This document shows, piece after piece, positions 12,544 to 23,090 of a stretch of 64,000 nucleotides of DNA. Made by a program: the position numbers and the translations under genes. The DNA is from an uncultured candidate division Zixibacteria bacterium. Its GTDB lineage: Bacteria > Zixibacteria > MSB-5A5 > GN15 > PGXB01. Position 1 is the stretch's first letter, and every line of letters begins with the position of its first letter. The stretch lies in the NCBI GenBank assembly GCA_963702205.1, contig OY969724.1:2272001-2336000 (forward strand). The letters run 5' to 3'. A model generated the notes under the pieces. It was not told where the DNA came from, searched no databases, and saw only the letters and a program-made list of their open reading frames with translations.

Positions 12544-13461
12544 TTGGGACAAAAGACACATCCAATTGGATTCCGACTGGGAGTCATTAAGTCCTGGAAT
12601 AACAAGTGGTTTGCCGGCAAGAATTTCGCCCCGTTCTTGTATGAAGACTTGATGATTAAAAAGTACATAAACACAAGGCTTGAAAATGCCGGACTGGCCA
12701 AAGTGGTAATATTGCGTGCGCCCAAAAGAGTCACGGTTGATATTCATACCTCTCGTCCGGGCATTGTTATCGGGCGCAAAGGGGCCGAAGTCGACAAGCT
12801 TCGCGAAGAATTGCAGCTTTTGACCAAGAAGGATATCTCTCTTAATATCGTAGAAGTAAAAAAGCCCGAACTCAACGCTCGGCTGGTGGCCGACAATGTT
12901 GCCCGGCAGCTCGAAGGCCGGGTTTCTTATCGCCGGGCCATGAAAAAGGCGCTGGCGGCTTCGATGAAAATGGGTGCCGATGGCATTAAAATCATGTGTG
13001 CCGGCCGTCTGATGGGCTCCGAAATCGCCCGCAGTGAAAAATATATGGATGGCCGCGTACCGTTGCACACGTTGCGCGCCGACATCGATTACGCCACGTC
13101 AACGGCTCGTACGACGTACGGCGCGATTGGCATTAAGGTTTGGATCTGCCGTGGTATGGTGCACGGCGCCGGGGAACTGGATGCCCGTGAAGATATCGAT
13201 CGATCGGTTCAGACGGAACGTCCCGATCTTGACGTAAGCAGCCGCCGTGAACGCAAACGGCGCGATGAAAGAAAACGGAAACGGCGTCCACGTGGCCGGG
13301 TTCGTCGCCCGGGTGATGGTGACCGTTCTTCGGCAGAGGCCCGCAGCAATGATAGAAGACCGAACGGGCCGAGTGGGCCGGGCGGGGGACGCCCTCCTCA
13401 GGGTCGCAGAGATGCCAGGCCCGAAAACGCACCAAGGAAAGATAAGGATTCTGAAAGTTAA
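12544..13461 (+). CDS. rpsC: 30S ribosomal protein S3 with Arg-rich tail (TTG start)
   Basis: [13 protein letters not shown] and [14 protein letters not shown] motifs. Confidence 0.98.
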   Translation: MGQKTHPIGFRLGVIKSWNNKWFAGKNFAPFLYEDLMIKKYINTRLENAGLAKVVILRAPKRVTVDIHTSRPGIVIGRKGAEVDKLREELQLLTKKDISLNIVEVKKPELNARLVADNVARQLEGRVSYRRAMKKALAASMKMGADGIKIMCAGRLMGSEIARSEKYMDGRVPLHTLRADIDYATSTARTTYGAIGIKVWICRGMVHGAGELDAREDIDRSVQTERPDLDVSSRRERKRRDERKRKRRPRGRVRRPGDGDRSSAEARSNDRRPNGPSGPGGGRPPQGRRDARPENAPRKDKDSES

Positions 13462-13496
13462 GGCGATCGGCTTGAAAAGCCGGGAGAATATAAATT

Positions 13497-13910
13497 ATGT
13501 TAATGCCGAAAAAAGTTAAATTTAGAAAACAGCAGCGCCGTCGCATGACCGGTAAGGCCTTTCGGGGCAGTTCGGTCGATTTCGGTCAGTTCGGTTTGAA
13601 AGCATTGGAGCCGGCCTGGATAACCAATCGCCAGATCGAAGCGGCTCGTGTGGCTTTGACTCGTCGCATCAAGCGTGGCGGTAAAGTCTGGATACGCATA
13701 TTCCCGGATAAGCCGGTTACCAAGAAGCCCGCTGAAACCCGCATGGGCAAAGGCAAGGGTGCCCCTGAATTCTGGGTGGCCGTGATAAAGCCCGGCCGGA
13801 TTCTTTTTGAAATCGAAGGCGTGTCGGAAGAGCTGGCGCGCGAAGCTTTCCGCCTTGCGGGACATAAGCTGCCCATCCGAACCAAGTTCGTTTCGAGAGC
13901 GGAAACTTAG
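13497..13910 (+). CDS. rplP: 50S ribosomal protein L16
   Basis: [13 protein letters not shown] motif. Confidence 0.99.
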   Translation: MLMPKKVKFRKQQRRRMTGKAFRGSSVDFGQFGLKALEPAWITNRQIEAARVALTRRIKRGGKVWIRIFPDKPVTKKPAETRMGKGKGAPEFWVAVIKPGRILFEIEGVSEELAREAFRLAGHKLPIRTKFVSRAET

Positions 13911-13921
13911 AGGATAGAATT

Positions 13922-14194
13922 ATGAAGATGCATACTCTTAGAGATTTTACCAAGGAAGAACTGCTCCAGAAGAAACATGAGATGATCGAGGAGTTGTTCA
14001 ATTTGCAGATGCGCAAAAGCCTTAAAGAACTGGAAAATCCTCTGCGCCTGCGGACCATCCGAAGAGACCTGGCTCGCATCGAAACCGTACTGACAGAAGA
14101 CGCCAGGGGGATAAGGAAGATCGTCGATTCGGCCGTATCCATTCTCGGCACTGCCGATAAAATAGAGCCGGAAACGAAAGAAAGTACAGAATAA
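13922..14194 (+). CDS. rpmC: 50S ribosomal protein L29, C-terminally extended
   Basis: ELFNLQM...LENPLRLRTIRRDLARIET; synteny. Confidence 0.93.
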   Translation: MKMHTLRDFTKEELLQKKHEMIEELFNLQMRKSLKELENPLRLRTIRRDLARIETVLTEDARGIRKIVDSAVSILGTADKIEPETKESTE

Positions 14195-14208
14195 AAGGAT
14201 AGATGAAT

Positions 14209-14463
14209 ATGGCCAGAAACATGCGTAAAGTTCGTCAGGGCCGGGTGACCTCGAACAAGATGGATAAAACCATCGTCGTGAAGATTGAACGCATCATGAA
14301 ACACCCGCTTTACGAACGCGTCGTCAAGCGCTACGGAAAATTTTATGCTCACGACGAGAAAAACGAAGCCAATATCGGCGACATGGTTCGGATTATGGAA
14401 ACCCGCCCGATGTCGGCGCTGAAGCGCTGGCGCCTGGTTGATATTGTTGAGAAAGCCAAGTAG
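14209..14463 (+). CDS. rpsQ: 30S ribosomal protein S17
   Basis: [12 protein letters not shown] and ETRPMS motifs. Confidence 0.97.
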   Translation: MARNMRKVRQGRVTSNKMDKTIVVKIERIMKHPLYERVVKRYGKFYAHDEKNEANIGDMVRIMETRPMSALKRWRLVDIVEKAK

Positions 14464-14492
14464 ACGGCGACTGAATAGAACGGGAGTGAACG

Positions 14493-14861
14493 ATGATTCA
14501 GGAATATACACAATTAACGGTTGCCGATAATTCGGGCGCGCGAAAGGTGATGTGCTTCCGCATCCTGGGTGGCTCCAAAAGAAGGTACACCCGCATCGGC
14601 GATATTATCGTCGTGACGGTTAAGGATGCCATCCCCGGAGGTACCGTCAAGAAGTCGGAAATCTGCAAAGCGGTCGTGGTTCGCACCAAGGCCAATACTC
14701 GTCGCCGCGACGGCTCTGTCATCCGCTTTTCCGACAACGCGGCGGTTATTATTAACGAACAGAAAGAACCGCGCGGAACGCGTATTTTCGGACCCGTCGC
14801 CAGGGAATTGCGCGAAAAGCAGTTCATGAAGATAATATCGCTGGCGCCGGAAGTCCTGTAG
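14493..14861 (+). CDS. rplN: 50S ribosomal protein L14
   Basis: [18 protein letters not shown] and SLAPEVL motifs. Confidence 0.99.
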   Translation: MIQEYTQLTVADNSGARKVMCFRILGGSKRRYTRIGDIIVVTVKDAIPGGTVKKSEICKAVVVRTKANTRRRDGSVIRFSDNAAVIINEQKEPRGTRIFGPVARELREKQFMKIISLAPEVL

Positions 14862-14874
14862 AGAGGTTCGTATT

Positions 14875-15192
14875 ATGAATATTAAAAAAGGTGATATCGT
14901 TTATATCCGGCGCGGGAAGGATCGCGGCAAAACCGGCAAGGTTCTGCACGTTTCCACCAAGACCAACCGGCTGATTATCGAGGGCATCAATATGATCGCC
15001 CGTCACAGCCGCCCGACCAATCAAAATCCGAAGGGCGGGGTCGTTCGGAAAGAAGGCCCGATTCATCGGTCCAACGTGGCCTTTTATAATAAATCCATTT
15101 CGTCTCCGACCAAGGTTAGTTTCAAAGTTATCGAAGACGAAGGCCGAAAAACCAAAATCCGCGTCTGTCGCAAAACCGGTGAGCAGATATAA
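14875..15192 (+). CDS. rplX: 50S ribosomal protein L24
   Basis: KKGD..GKDRGKTG KOW motif; EGPIHRSNV. Confidence 0.97.
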   Translation: MNIKKGDIVYIRRGKDRGKTGKVLHVSTKTNRLIIEGINMIARHSRPTNQNPKGGVVRKEGPIHRSNVAFYNKSISSPTKVSFKVIEDEGRKTKIRVCRKTGEQI

Positions 15193-15204
15193 CGGGGAAA
15201 TATT

Positions 15205-15744
15205 ATGGCAAGGTTGAAAAAAATATATAAGGACAAAATAGTCCCCAAGCTGATGAAGGAAAACGGATATTCTTCGCTTATGCAGGTGCCGAAGATCACG
15301 AAGGTTACAGTCAACGTCGGGTTGGGTGAAGCCATCGCCAATCCGAAGGTGATCGATGCCGCCGTTAATGATTTGAGCCAGATCACCGGACAAAAACCGT
15401 TGGTGACGTCGGCCCGCAAGTCGATATCGAATTTCAAGCTCCGCGAAGGTGCTCGTATCGGGGCCAAGGTGACGCTTCGCCGCGAACGTATGTATGAATT
15501 TTTGGATCGCCTCATGAACGTGGCTATCCCGCGTATTCGGGACTTTCGCGGTCTTTCCAACAAGGCTTTCGACGGGCACGGCAATTACAACCTGGGGATT
15601 ACCGAACAAATTATTTTTCCGGAAATAGATTACGATAAAATCGACAAGGTTCGCGGCATGAACATTAGCATCACGACTACCGCGAAGACCGACCAGGAAT
15701 GTCGGCAGCTGCTGACGGAACTGGGCATGCCGTTCGCCAAATAG
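15205..15744 (+). CDS. rplE: 50S ribosomal protein L5
   Basis: ITGQKP and PRIRDFRGL motifs. Confidence 0.99.
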   Translation: MARLKKIYKDKIVPKLMKENGYSSLMQVPKITKVTVNVGLGEAIANPKVIDAAVNDLSQITGQKPLVTSARKSISNFKLREGARIGAKVTLRRERMYEFLDRLMNVAIPRIRDFRGLSNKAFDGHGNYNLGITEQIIFPEIDYDKIDKVRGMNISITTTAKTDQECRQLLTELGMPFAK

Positions 15745-15752
15745 GAGATAAC

Positions 15753-15938
15753 GTGGCTAAGAAGTGTTTGATTGAAAAGCAGAGCAAGACGCCGAAATTC
15801 AAAGTTCGTGCCTACACCCGCTGTCGCCGGTGCGGTCGGTCGCGGGCGTATATCAGGAGATTCGGTATTTGCAGAATTTGTTTCCGTCAGTTGGCTTTGG
15901 CCGGTGAGATTCCGGGCGTTATTAAGGCCAGTTGGTAA
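15753..15938 (+). CDS. rpsN: 30S ribosomal protein S14, Zn-binding type Z (GTG start)
   Basis: RCRRCGR...CRICFR; 61 aa; GGAG RBS. Confidence 0.96.
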   Translation: MAKKCLIEKQSKTPKFKVRAYTRCRRCGRSRAYIRRFGICRICFRQLALAGEIPGVIKASW

Positions 15939-15960
15939 GATTTAAGCAGTTGAGGCTAAT

Positions 15961-16362
15961 ATGTCGATGACAGATCCGATAGCTGATATGTTGACGAGAA
16001 TAAGGAATGCGTCCAAGGCCAGAAAAATAGCCGTTGACGTTCCCGCTTCGAATATAAAGCGTGAACTGGCCAAAGTTCTGATCGAGGAAAATTTCCTGCG
16101 CGATATGATCGAACTGCCAGACCGCAAGCAGGGTATCCTCCGGTTGTACCTCAAGTATAGCCGCGACGATACACCCATTATCCGGGGTATTCAGAGAATT
16201 TCCCGGCCCGGACTTCGCCAGTACTTCGGACTCGATGAACTGAAGAAGATCGGTCGTAGCGGCGTGGGTATCACGATCGTGTCAACATCTCAGGGCGTGA
16301 TGACCAACGCCGAGGCATTTAAACGCAGAGTAGGCGGCGAAGCCGTTTGTGCGGTTTGGTAG
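15961..16362 (+). CDS. rpsH: 30S ribosomal protein S8
   Basis: DPIADMLTRIRNA and SRPGLR motifs. Confidence 0.99.
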   Translation: MSMTDPIADMLTRIRNASKARKIAVDVPASNIKRELAKVLIEENFLRDMIELPDRKQGILRLYLKYSRDDTPIIRGIQRISRPGLRQYFGLDELKKIGRSGVGITIVSTSQGVMTNAEAFKRRVGGEAVCAVW

Positions 16363-16373
16363 GAGGAACGGCC

Positions 16374-16922
16374 ATGTCAAAAATAGGAAAATTACCGGTC
16401 CCGATACCAAAAGGCGTCAAAGTCGAACAAAAGTCCCATACTTTGACGGCCACCGGACCAAAAGGAACTCTTTCGGTTGATATCAATCCCGAAATGAACG
16501 TGGACGTACAGGAAAATGAAATTATCGTAACCCGGCCATCCGACCATCGTACTCATCGCTCCCTCCATGGTTTGACTCGCTCGTTGGTTTATAATATGGT
16601 CGCGGGAGTGCACGAAGGTTACAGCAAAACGCTGGAGATTATCGGCGTCGGATATCGCGCCGAAATGAAAGGCCCCATCCTCGAAGTCAACGTCGGCTAT
16701 TCCCACCCGATTTATCTTCGCCCGGCGGATGGTATCAATATTGTAGTGCCGCCCAAGGATAATAAAATTATAATTTCCGGAGCGGACAAGCAGTTGGTTG
16801 GGATGACGGCGGCCGAGATACGATCCTTCCGTCCGCCGGAACCGTACAAAGGTAAGGGTATCAAATACATTGACGAGGTCATCCATCGTAAAGCCGGTAA
16901 AGCGGCCGGTGGCGGCAAATAG
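16374..16922 (+). CDS. rplF: 50S ribosomal protein L6
   Basis: MSKIGKLP and RPPEPYKGKGI motifs. Confidence 0.98.
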   Translation: MSKIGKLPVPIPKGVKVEQKSHTLTATGPKGTLSVDINPEMNVDVQENEIIVTRPSDHRTHRSLHGLTRSLVYNMVAGVHEGYSKTLEIIGVGYRAEMKGPILEVNVGYSHPIYLRPADGINIVVPPKDNKIIISGADKQLVGMTAAEIRSFRPPEPYKGKGIKYIDEVIHRKAGKAAGGGK

Positions 16923-16933
16923 AGGCTTATATT

Positions 16934-17299
16934 ATGGCTAAAGACATTAAAAAAACAAGATTTCTGAGACGGAAAAAGCACGTCCGGAAAATAATTTTCG
17001 GCACCTCCGACAGGCCGCGTCTGTCCGTATCCAAATCGATTCGGAACATACAGGCTCAGATCATTGACGATGAAAAAATGGTCACGCTGGCGGCCTGCTC
17101 GTCGCTTTCGAAAGATATTACCGCCAAGGCGGCCGAAAAAAAGAAAACGCAGGTGGCCGCACTGGTCGGCGAAGCCCTGGCTAAAATCGCCCGTGAAAAG
17201 GGTATTGAAGCCGTCTCATTCGACCGCAACGGTAATTTATATCACGGTCGCGTAAAATCTCTGGCCGATGCCGCGCGCAAGGCCGGTTTGAAATTTTAG
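16934..17299 (+). CDS. rplR: 50S ribosomal protein L18
   Basis: RPRLSV and FDRNG.LYHGRVK motifs. Confidence 0.98.
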   Translation: MAKDIKKTRFLRRKKHVRKIIFGTSDRPRLSVSKSIRNIQAQIIDDEKMVTLAACSSLSKDITAKAAEKKKTQVAALVGEALAKIAREKGIEAVSFDRNGNLYHGRVKSLADAARKAGLKF

Positions 17300-17319
17300 A
17301 TTTGTTAGTGAGGTAAAGA

Positions 17320-17805
17320 TTGGTTAAACGGGAAATGGAAGGTCTTGATTACGACGAGCGAGTAATCCACGTCAATCGTGTCGCCAAAGTCGTCAAGGGC
17401 GGACGCCGTTTCAGCTTTACGGCTCTCGTGGCCGTCGGGCAGAACAACGGAAAAGTCGGCGTCGGGCTCGGTAAGGCCTCGGAAGTATCCGAAGCCATCC
17501 GTAAAGGAACCGAAGCCGCCCGCAAGAGTATGGTCGAAGTTGCCCTGACCCCGGAAGGTACCATCCCGCATCAGATTATCGGCAAATTCGGGGCCTCTCG
17601 CGTCGTCCTGATTCCGGCTTCGCCGGGAACCGGCGTCATCGCCGGAGGGCCGGTGCGGGCCGTCCTGGAATCGGCTGGTGTGCAGGACATATTGACCAAG
17701 GCTTTGGGAAGCCGCAACCCGCACAACGTCGTCAAGGCGACCATGCAGGGGTTGCTCTCGCTGCGTTCTCGGGATGAACAGCTAAGATACCGGACACAAG
17801 GTTAG
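17320..17805 (+). CDS. rpsE: 30S ribosomal protein S5
   Basis: [12 protein letters not shown] and [12 protein letters not shown] motifs. Confidence 0.98.
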   Translation: MVKREMEGLDYDERVIHVNRVAKVVKGGRRFSFTALVAVGQNNGKVGVGLGKASEVSEAIRKGTEAARKSMVEVALTPEGTIPHQIIGKFGASRVVLIPASPGTGVIAGGPVRAVLESAGVQDILTKALGSRNPHNVVKATMQGLLSLRSRDEQLRYRTQG

Positions 17806-17830
17806 GCCTTTGGCCGGACAGAGGACAGCC

Positions 17831-18013
17831 ATGGCTAAATTAAAAGTAACACAGATTAAAAGCACGATTAACACCAAAGAGAATCACAAACGGACCATAA
17901 TAGCTTTGGGGCTCGGCAAATTGCATCGGACCGTCGTGCACAATGACACGCCCCAGATCCGGGGCATGATTAAAACCGTCGAGCACTTGGTGAAATTTGA
18001 GAAGGTGGATTAA
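17831..18013 (+). CDS. rpmD: 50S ribosomal protein L30
   Basis: KVTQIKS...LGL...RGMI; synteny. Confidence 0.95.
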   Translation: MAKLKVTQIKSTINTKENHKRTIIALGLGKLHRTVVHNDTPQIRGMIKTVEHLVKFEKVD

Positions 18014-18015
18014 AG

Positions 18016-18468
18016 ATGTCTCCGTTAGCACTTAATGAACTGCACCCCGCGCCGGGTTCGCGCAAAAAACGCAAACGGGTCGGTCGTGGTCCGGGCAGCG
18101 GACGCGGCAAAACCTCCGGTCGTGGACACAAAGGGCAGCGGGCTCGTTCGGGCGGCGTTGCGGTAATCCATAAATGGAAAGAGGGCGGTCAGATGCCGCT
18201 TCTGCGTCGTGTCCCGAAGCGTGGGTTTACCAATATCTTCAGGGAAGAATTTCAAATCGTAAACGTTACCGCGTTGAATAAATGCCAGCCGGGAGAAGTA
18301 ACTCCCGAGACTATGATGAGCTTAGGTCTAATCAAATCAACGCGTCGACCGGTTAAGATTTTGGGCGTGGGAACGCTGGAAAGCGCCTTGCAGGTCAAGG
18401 CCTCCGCATTTTCAAAAACGGCCAGGGAAAAAATCGAAGCCGCCGGCGGAAAAACTGAGGTGATCTAG
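18016..18468 (+). CDS. rplO: 50S ribosomal protein L15
   Basis: [19 protein letters not shown] and EGGQMPL motifs. Confidence 0.98.
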   Translation: MSPLALNELHPAPGSRKKRKRVGRGPGSGRGKTSGRGHKGQRARSGGVAVIHKWKEGGQMPLLRRVPKRGFTNIFREEFQIVNVTALNKCQPGEVTPETMMSLGLIKSTRRPVKILGVGTLESALQVKASAFSKTAREKIEAAGGKTEVI

Positions 18469-19775
18469 TGTTAGGTACTTTTCAATCCATACTTAAAATA
18501 GAAGAACTGCGAAAAAGAATATTCTATACTTTGGCTCTGCTGGTAGTGTATCGTATCGGCGGTCACATTCCTACTCCCGGTGTGGACGGCGCCATGTTGT
18601 CGCAGGCCATGTCCGGTGACACTATTTTCGGCCTGCTGGACCTGTTTGCCGGGGGAGCCTTCCTGAAGGCGACTATTTTCGCCCTCGGTATCATGCCGTA
18701 CATTTCCGCGTCGATTATGCTTCAGCTCTTGGGCGCCGTGGTTCCCTATTTGCAGAAACTGCAAAAGGAGGGTGAAGAGGGCCGGCGTAAGATCACGCAG
18801 TATACCCGTTACTTGACCGTGTTGATCGCCGCCCTGCAGGCGTTTGGAACTGCCCAATTCCTGAGATCGATTGAATTTAACGGCGTTTCCATCGTCCACA
18901 TGCCCTATGGCCAGTTCATCGGTATTACCGTCCTGACGTTTACCTGCGGCACGATATTCATCATGTGGCTGGGTGAGCAAATAACGGAGCGGGGGATAGG
19001 CAATGGTATTTCATTGATCATATTTATAGGAATCGTGGCTCGCTTCCCCGATGCCGTTATCGAGGAAGTGCAATACCTGTGGTACGGCACTCGTTCCGTT
19101 TTCACCGAAGCCATCATGATCGCCATGATGGTTGCGGTAATCGCGGCCGTTATTCTGGTTACTCGCGGCCAGCGCAAGGTGCCGGTGCAGTACCCCAAGA
19201 GAATCGTCGGACGGCGCGTGTATGGCGGTGCGACGACGCATCTGCCGCTTTCGGTCAACTCGGCCGGCGTAATCCCCATTATTTTCGCGCAGTCGATCAT
19301 GTTCCTGCCGGCCACCGTGCAGCAGTTGTTCCCCAACGTTGAATGGATTTCCAACATCGTGACCAACTTCCTCGCACCGGGCGGATGGAGCTACTCGATT
19401 ATTTATGGATTGATAATTATCTTCTTCGCCTATTTTTACACGGCCATCGTTTTCAACCCGATCGACATCGCCGACAACATGCGCAAGAACGGCGGATTCA
19501 TTCCGGGTATTCGGCCGGGCAAACGGACGGCGGAGCATATCGAACGCATCCTGACCCGTATTACGCTGCCGGGAGCTATCTTCTTCGCTATGATAGCTAT
19601 CCTGCCGTGGGTCCTGATAGCCAATCTCGAAGTCAACTTTTACTTCGGCGGCACCGGGCTCTTGATTGTCGTCGGTGTGGCCCTCGATACCCTGCAACAG
19701 ATTGAGTCGCATCTGCTGATGCGTCATTATGACGGCTTCATGAAAAAAGGCCGTATTCGTGGGAGATCGTACTAA
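18468..19775 (+). CDS. secY: Preprotein translocase subunit SecY
   Basis: FALGIMPYISASI, GIGNGISL and IPGIRPG motifs; multiple TM segments. Confidence 0.99.
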   Translation: MLGTFQSILKIEELRKRIFYTLALLVVYRIGGHIPTPGVDGAMLSQAMSGDTIFGLLDLFAGGAFLKATIFALGIMPYISASIMLQLLGAVVPYLQKLQKEGEEGRRKITQYTRYLTVLIAALQAFGTAQFLRSIEFNGVSIVHMPYGQFIGITVLTFTCGTIFIMWLGEQITERGIGNGISLIIFIGIVARFPDAVIEEVQYLWYGTRSVFTEAIMIAMMVAVIAAVILVTRGQRKVPVQYPKRIVGRRVYGGATTHLPLSVNSAGVIPIIFAQSIMFLPATVQQLFPNVEWISNIVTNFLAPGGWSYSIIYGLIIIFFAYFYTAIVFNPIDIADNMRKNGGFIPGIRPGKRTAEHIERILTRITLPGAIFFAMIAILPWVLIANLEVNFYFGGTGLLIVVGVALDTLQQIESHLLMRHYDGFMKKGRIRGRSY

Positions 19776-20425
19776 TGAATTTCGTTTTTCTGGGGCCTCC
19801 GGGGTCGGGCAAAGGAACACAGGCCAAAAAGGTTTGTGAAAAATTGAATATTTTGCATCTTTCGACCGGGGACGTGTTGCGCGAAGCCGTCAAGAACGGT
19901 ACGGAACTGGGTAAAAAGGCCAGGGCCTTTATGGAGGCCGGTGACCTCGTGCCGGACGGCCTGATTGTCGGTATAATAGAAGACAAGCTTAAATCGGGTG
20001 CTCTGGACAACGGCTTCGTGCTGGATGGTTTTCCGCGGACCGTGCCCCAGGCCGAGGCTTTAAAAAATATGTTCGTGGCCAACAGCAAGAAAATTGATTC
20101 GGCAATTTTGCTGGACGTGCCCGATGAGGAAGTCGTCCAGCGCCTGTCGGGAAGATTTACCTGTCCCGCGTGCGGCTCGATGTACAATTATCCCAATAAC
20201 ATGCCCAAAAAAGAGGGCGTGTGTGACAAGGACGGCGAAAAGCTGGTGCGCCGCCCCGACGATGAAGAGTCGGTCGTGCGCAATCGGCTGGACGTTTATA
20301 AACAACAGACGGAACCGATTGTAGATTTTTATCGTAATGAATCGGTATTGCGTGAGGTTGAGGCTTTGGGAAATATCGATTCCATTACGGCTTCGGTTTT
20401 GAAAATCATGGAAGAAGCACGATAG
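19775..20425 (+). CDS. adk: Adenylate kinase
   Basis: GPPGSGKGTQ and LDGFPRT motifs; Zn-type lid. Confidence 0.98.
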   Translation: MNFVFLGPPGSGKGTQAKKVCEKLNILHLSTGDVLREAVKNGTELGKKARAFMEAGDLVPDGLIVGIIEDKLKSGALDNGFVLDGFPRTVPQAEALKNMFVANSKKIDSAILLDVPDEEVVQRLSGRFTCPACGSMYNYPNNMPKKEGVCDKDGEKLVRRPDDEESVVRNRLDVYKQQTEPIVDFYRNESVLREVEALGNIDSITASVLKIMEEAR

Positions 20426-20427
20426 GA

Positions 20428-21174
20428 TTGATTATTATTAAAACAGACGCACAGATTGAAATAATGCGCAAAGCCGGGAAAATAGTGGCCGAGACATTGG
20501 ATTTGATCGAAGAAGAAATAAAACCGGGAATGAGTACAAAGGACCTTGACAAAATAGCGGAAGACTATATTATCTCTCGGAAGGCCGTTCCCGCGTTTAA
20601 GGGGTATCACGGTTATCCGGCGGCGACGTGTATTTCGATCGACGAGGAGGTCGTGCATGGTATCCCCGGTGGGCGGCGGCTGGTCGACGGCCAGATTGTG
20701 TCCGTGGATTTGGGGACGATTTACGGCGGCTATTATGGCGACGCCGCCCGGACCTTCGCTATCGGAGATATCTCCGAAGAGAAAAAGCGTCTGATGCAGA
20801 TCACGCGAGATTGCCTGGATGCGGCAATTGCCAAAGTCCGCGACGGTGTGAAACTGGGCGAGATTTCGCACGCCGTCCAGACGACCGCCGAAAGTGCGGG
20901 TTATTCGGTCGTGCGGGATATGGTCGGCCACGGTATCGGTCGGGCCATGCACGAGGACCCGCAAATACCGAATTATGGACCTCCCGAAGGCGGGCCCGTT
21001 ATTAAGAAGGGTATGGTCCTGGCGATTGAACCGATGGTGAACATCGGTGAGTACAAGGTAAATCAGAAGGCCGATGGCTGGACCATCGTCACGGCCGACG
21101 GATCGCCTTCGGCTCATTTTGAACACAGTGTGGCCGTTACGGAAGACGGCGCTGACATTTTAACGATAGTGTAA
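20428..21174 (+). CDS. map: Methionine aminopeptidase type I
   Basis: VHGIP, GHGIG, IEPM and SAHFEH motifs. Confidence 0.97.
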   Translation: MIIIKTDAQIEIMRKAGKIVAETLDLIEEEIKPGMSTKDLDKIAEDYIISRKAVPAFKGYHGYPAATCISIDEEVVHGIPGGRRLVDGQIVSVDLGTIYGGYYGDAARTFAIGDISEEKKRLMQITRDCLDAAIAKVRDGVKLGEISHAVQTTAESAGYSVVRDMVGHGIGRAMHEDPQIPNYGPPEGGPVIKKGMVLAIEPMVNIGEYKVNQKADGWTIVTADGSPSAHFEHSVAVTEDGADILTIV

Positions 21175-21186
21175 CGACGGGAGAAT

Positions 21187-21405
21187 ATGGCCAAGGAAGA
21201 AACGATTCAGGTTGAAGGAAAAGTACTGGAACCGTTGCCGAATGCGATGTTTAAAGTGGAACTTGACAACGGGCATGTTGTTCTGGCCCATATATCCGGT
21301 AAGATGCGCATGCACTTTATTAAAATTCTGCCCGGCGACCGGGTTACTCTGGAGCTGTCTCCTTACGACTTGACGCGCGGACGAATTATTTATAGATATA
21401 AGTGA
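21187..21405 (+). CDS. infA: Translation initiation factor IF-1
   Basis: LPNAMF, HISGKMR and [10 protein letters not shown] motifs. Confidence 0.99.
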   Translation: MAKEETIQVEGKVLEPLPNAMFKVELDNGHVVLAHISGKMRMHFIKILPGDRVTLELSPYDLTRGRIIYRYK

Positions 21406-21434
21406 ACGCGGGTTCCTGCTGAAAGGAAAAGGTT

Positions 21435-21551
21435 ATGAAGGTTCAATCATCGGTAAAAAAGCGTTGCGAGCACTGCAAGATTATCCGGCGCAAAGGCGTT
21501 ATTCGGGTCATTTGCAGCAAGAACCCCAATCATAAACAACGGCAGGGGTAA
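21435..21551 (+). CDS. rpmJ: 50S ribosomal protein L36 (not in ORF track)
   Basis: Manual translation [38 protein letters not shown]. Confidence 0.97.
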   Translation: MKVQSSVKKRCEHCKIIRRKGVIRVICSKNPNHKQRQG

Positions 21552-21577
21552 AGGTTTTATTTTAATAGGAGGTTGCC

Positions 21578-21961
21578 TTGGCACGTATTGCTGGCGTCGA
21601 TTTACCCAAAGATAAGCGGGTTGAAATAGGCCTGACATATATTTACGGGATCGGTTTGACGTCTTCTCACAAGATTCTGGAGAAGACCGCCATAAGTCCG
21701 GATACCCGGGTTAACAAATTGACCGAAGAAGAAATCGCGAAACTGCGCAGCGTCATTGAAAACGACTTTAAGGTCGAGGGTGCTCTTCGCAGTGAAGTGC
21801 AGATGAATATAAAGCGTTTGATCGATATCGGCTCATACCGCGGACTGCGGCATCGGCGGGGCCTGCCCGTACGCGGACAGCGGACCAAGACCAACGCCCG
21901 TACCCGTAAAGGACCCAAACGCACCGTAGCCGGCAAGAAAAAGGCACCGGGTAAGAAATAA
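21578..21961 (+). CDS. rpsM: 30S ribosomal protein S13
   Basis: ARIAGVD and [14 protein letters not shown] motifs. Confidence 0.99.
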   Translation: MARIAGVDLPKDKRVEIGLTYIYGIGLTSSHKILEKTAISPDTRVNKLTEEEIAKLRSVIENDFKVEGALRSEVQMNIKRLIDIGSYRGLRHRRGLPVRGQRTKTNARTRKGPKRTVAGKKKAPGKK

Positions 21962-21983
21962 TTTTATTTGACAAGGATAGATT

Positions 21984-22379
21984 GTGGCAGATCCCAAGAA
22001 AAAACCAAAAGCGAAAAAGAAACTGGGGAAAATTGACCCCAGTGGAATTGCCCATATAAAGGCGACCTTCAATAACACGGTAGTGACCATTACCGACATG
22101 AGCGGCAAAGCTCTTTCGTGGGCTTCGGCCGGGACCGTCGGTTTCAAGGGATCGAAAAAATCGACCCCGTTCGCGGCCCAGCAGGCGGCCAGCAATTCCG
22201 CCCGTGAAGCCAAGGACCTCGGAATTCGCAAGGTCGAAGTCTGGGTCAAGGGACCGGGCTCCGGCCGGGAAGCGGCGATACGGTCACTTTCGGCCTCGGG
22301 ATTGGATATCACGGCCATTAAGGACGTGACACCGATTCCGCACAATGGCTGCCGTCCGCCGAAACGTCGCCGGGTCTAA
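21984..22379 (+). CDS. rpsK: 30S ribosomal protein S11
   Basis: KKSTPFAAQ and [14 protein letters not shown] motifs. Confidence 0.99.
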   Translation: MADPKKKPKAKKKLGKIDPSGIAHIKATFNNTVVTITDMSGKALSWASAGTVGFKGSKKSTPFAAQQAASNSAREAKDLGIRKVEVWVKGPGSGREAAIRSLSASGLDITAIKDVTPIPHNGCRPPKRRRV

Positions 22380-22424
22380 TTCCTGTAATAGAATAGTAAG
22401 TAGTAATTATATAGAGGAGTTTAA

Positions 22425-23054
22425 ATGGCACGATATCGTGATGCCAACTGCAAACTTTGCCGCCGTGAAGGAGAAAAGCTGTTTTTGAAAGGGCGCCGGT
22501 GTTTCACCGATAAATGCGCTTTCGAAAGACGCCCCTTTGCTCCCGGACAGCATGGGCAGAGTTCACGGTATAAAATATCCAACTACGGAAAGCAGTTGCG
22601 GGAAAAACAAAAAGTCCGCCGTTCGTACGGGCTTCTGGAAAAACAATTCCGGCTTTATTACCAGATGGCTGACCGCAAAGTCGGTGTTACCGGTGAAACT
22701 TTGCTTCAACTTCTGGAATGCCGGCTGGATAACATGGTTTATCGACTCGGCTTCGCGCCGTCGCGCAAGTCTGCCCGACAGCTCGTCAGACATCGTCATT
22801 TCGAGATCAATGGGCGGGTAGTTGATATACCGTCGTTCCATGTCAAACCCAATGACCTGATTAAGGTTCGGGAAAAGTCCAAGAAACTGGACATTATACA
22901 CTCGTCGCTTAAAGACATGGGCCAAACCAGTGAATTGGGCTGGCTGTCCGTTAATAAAGCGGCCCTTGAAGGCCAGTTGCTCGAGGTTCCGAAACGCCAG
23001 GATATTCCGACTACCGCCAACGAGCAGTTGATAGTGGAACTTTACTCTAAGTAG
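22425..23054 (+). CDS. rpsD: 30S ribosomal protein S4 (Cys/Zn type)
   Basis: [19 protein letters not shown] and IVELYSK motifs. Confidence 0.99.
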   Translation: MARYRDANCKLCRREGEKLFLKGRRCFTDKCAFERRPFAPGQHGQSSRYKISNYGKQLREKQKVRRSYGLLEKQFRLYYQMADRKVGVTGETLLQLLECRLDNMVYRLGFAPSRKSARQLVRHRHFEINGRVVDIPSFHVKPNDLIKVREKSKKLDIIHSSLKDMGQTSELGWLSVNKAALEGQLLEVPKRQDIPTTANEQLIVELYSK

Positions 23055-23090
23055 CAGGAAATTTTAAAGCCTGTTGGGAGGCTTATATTT

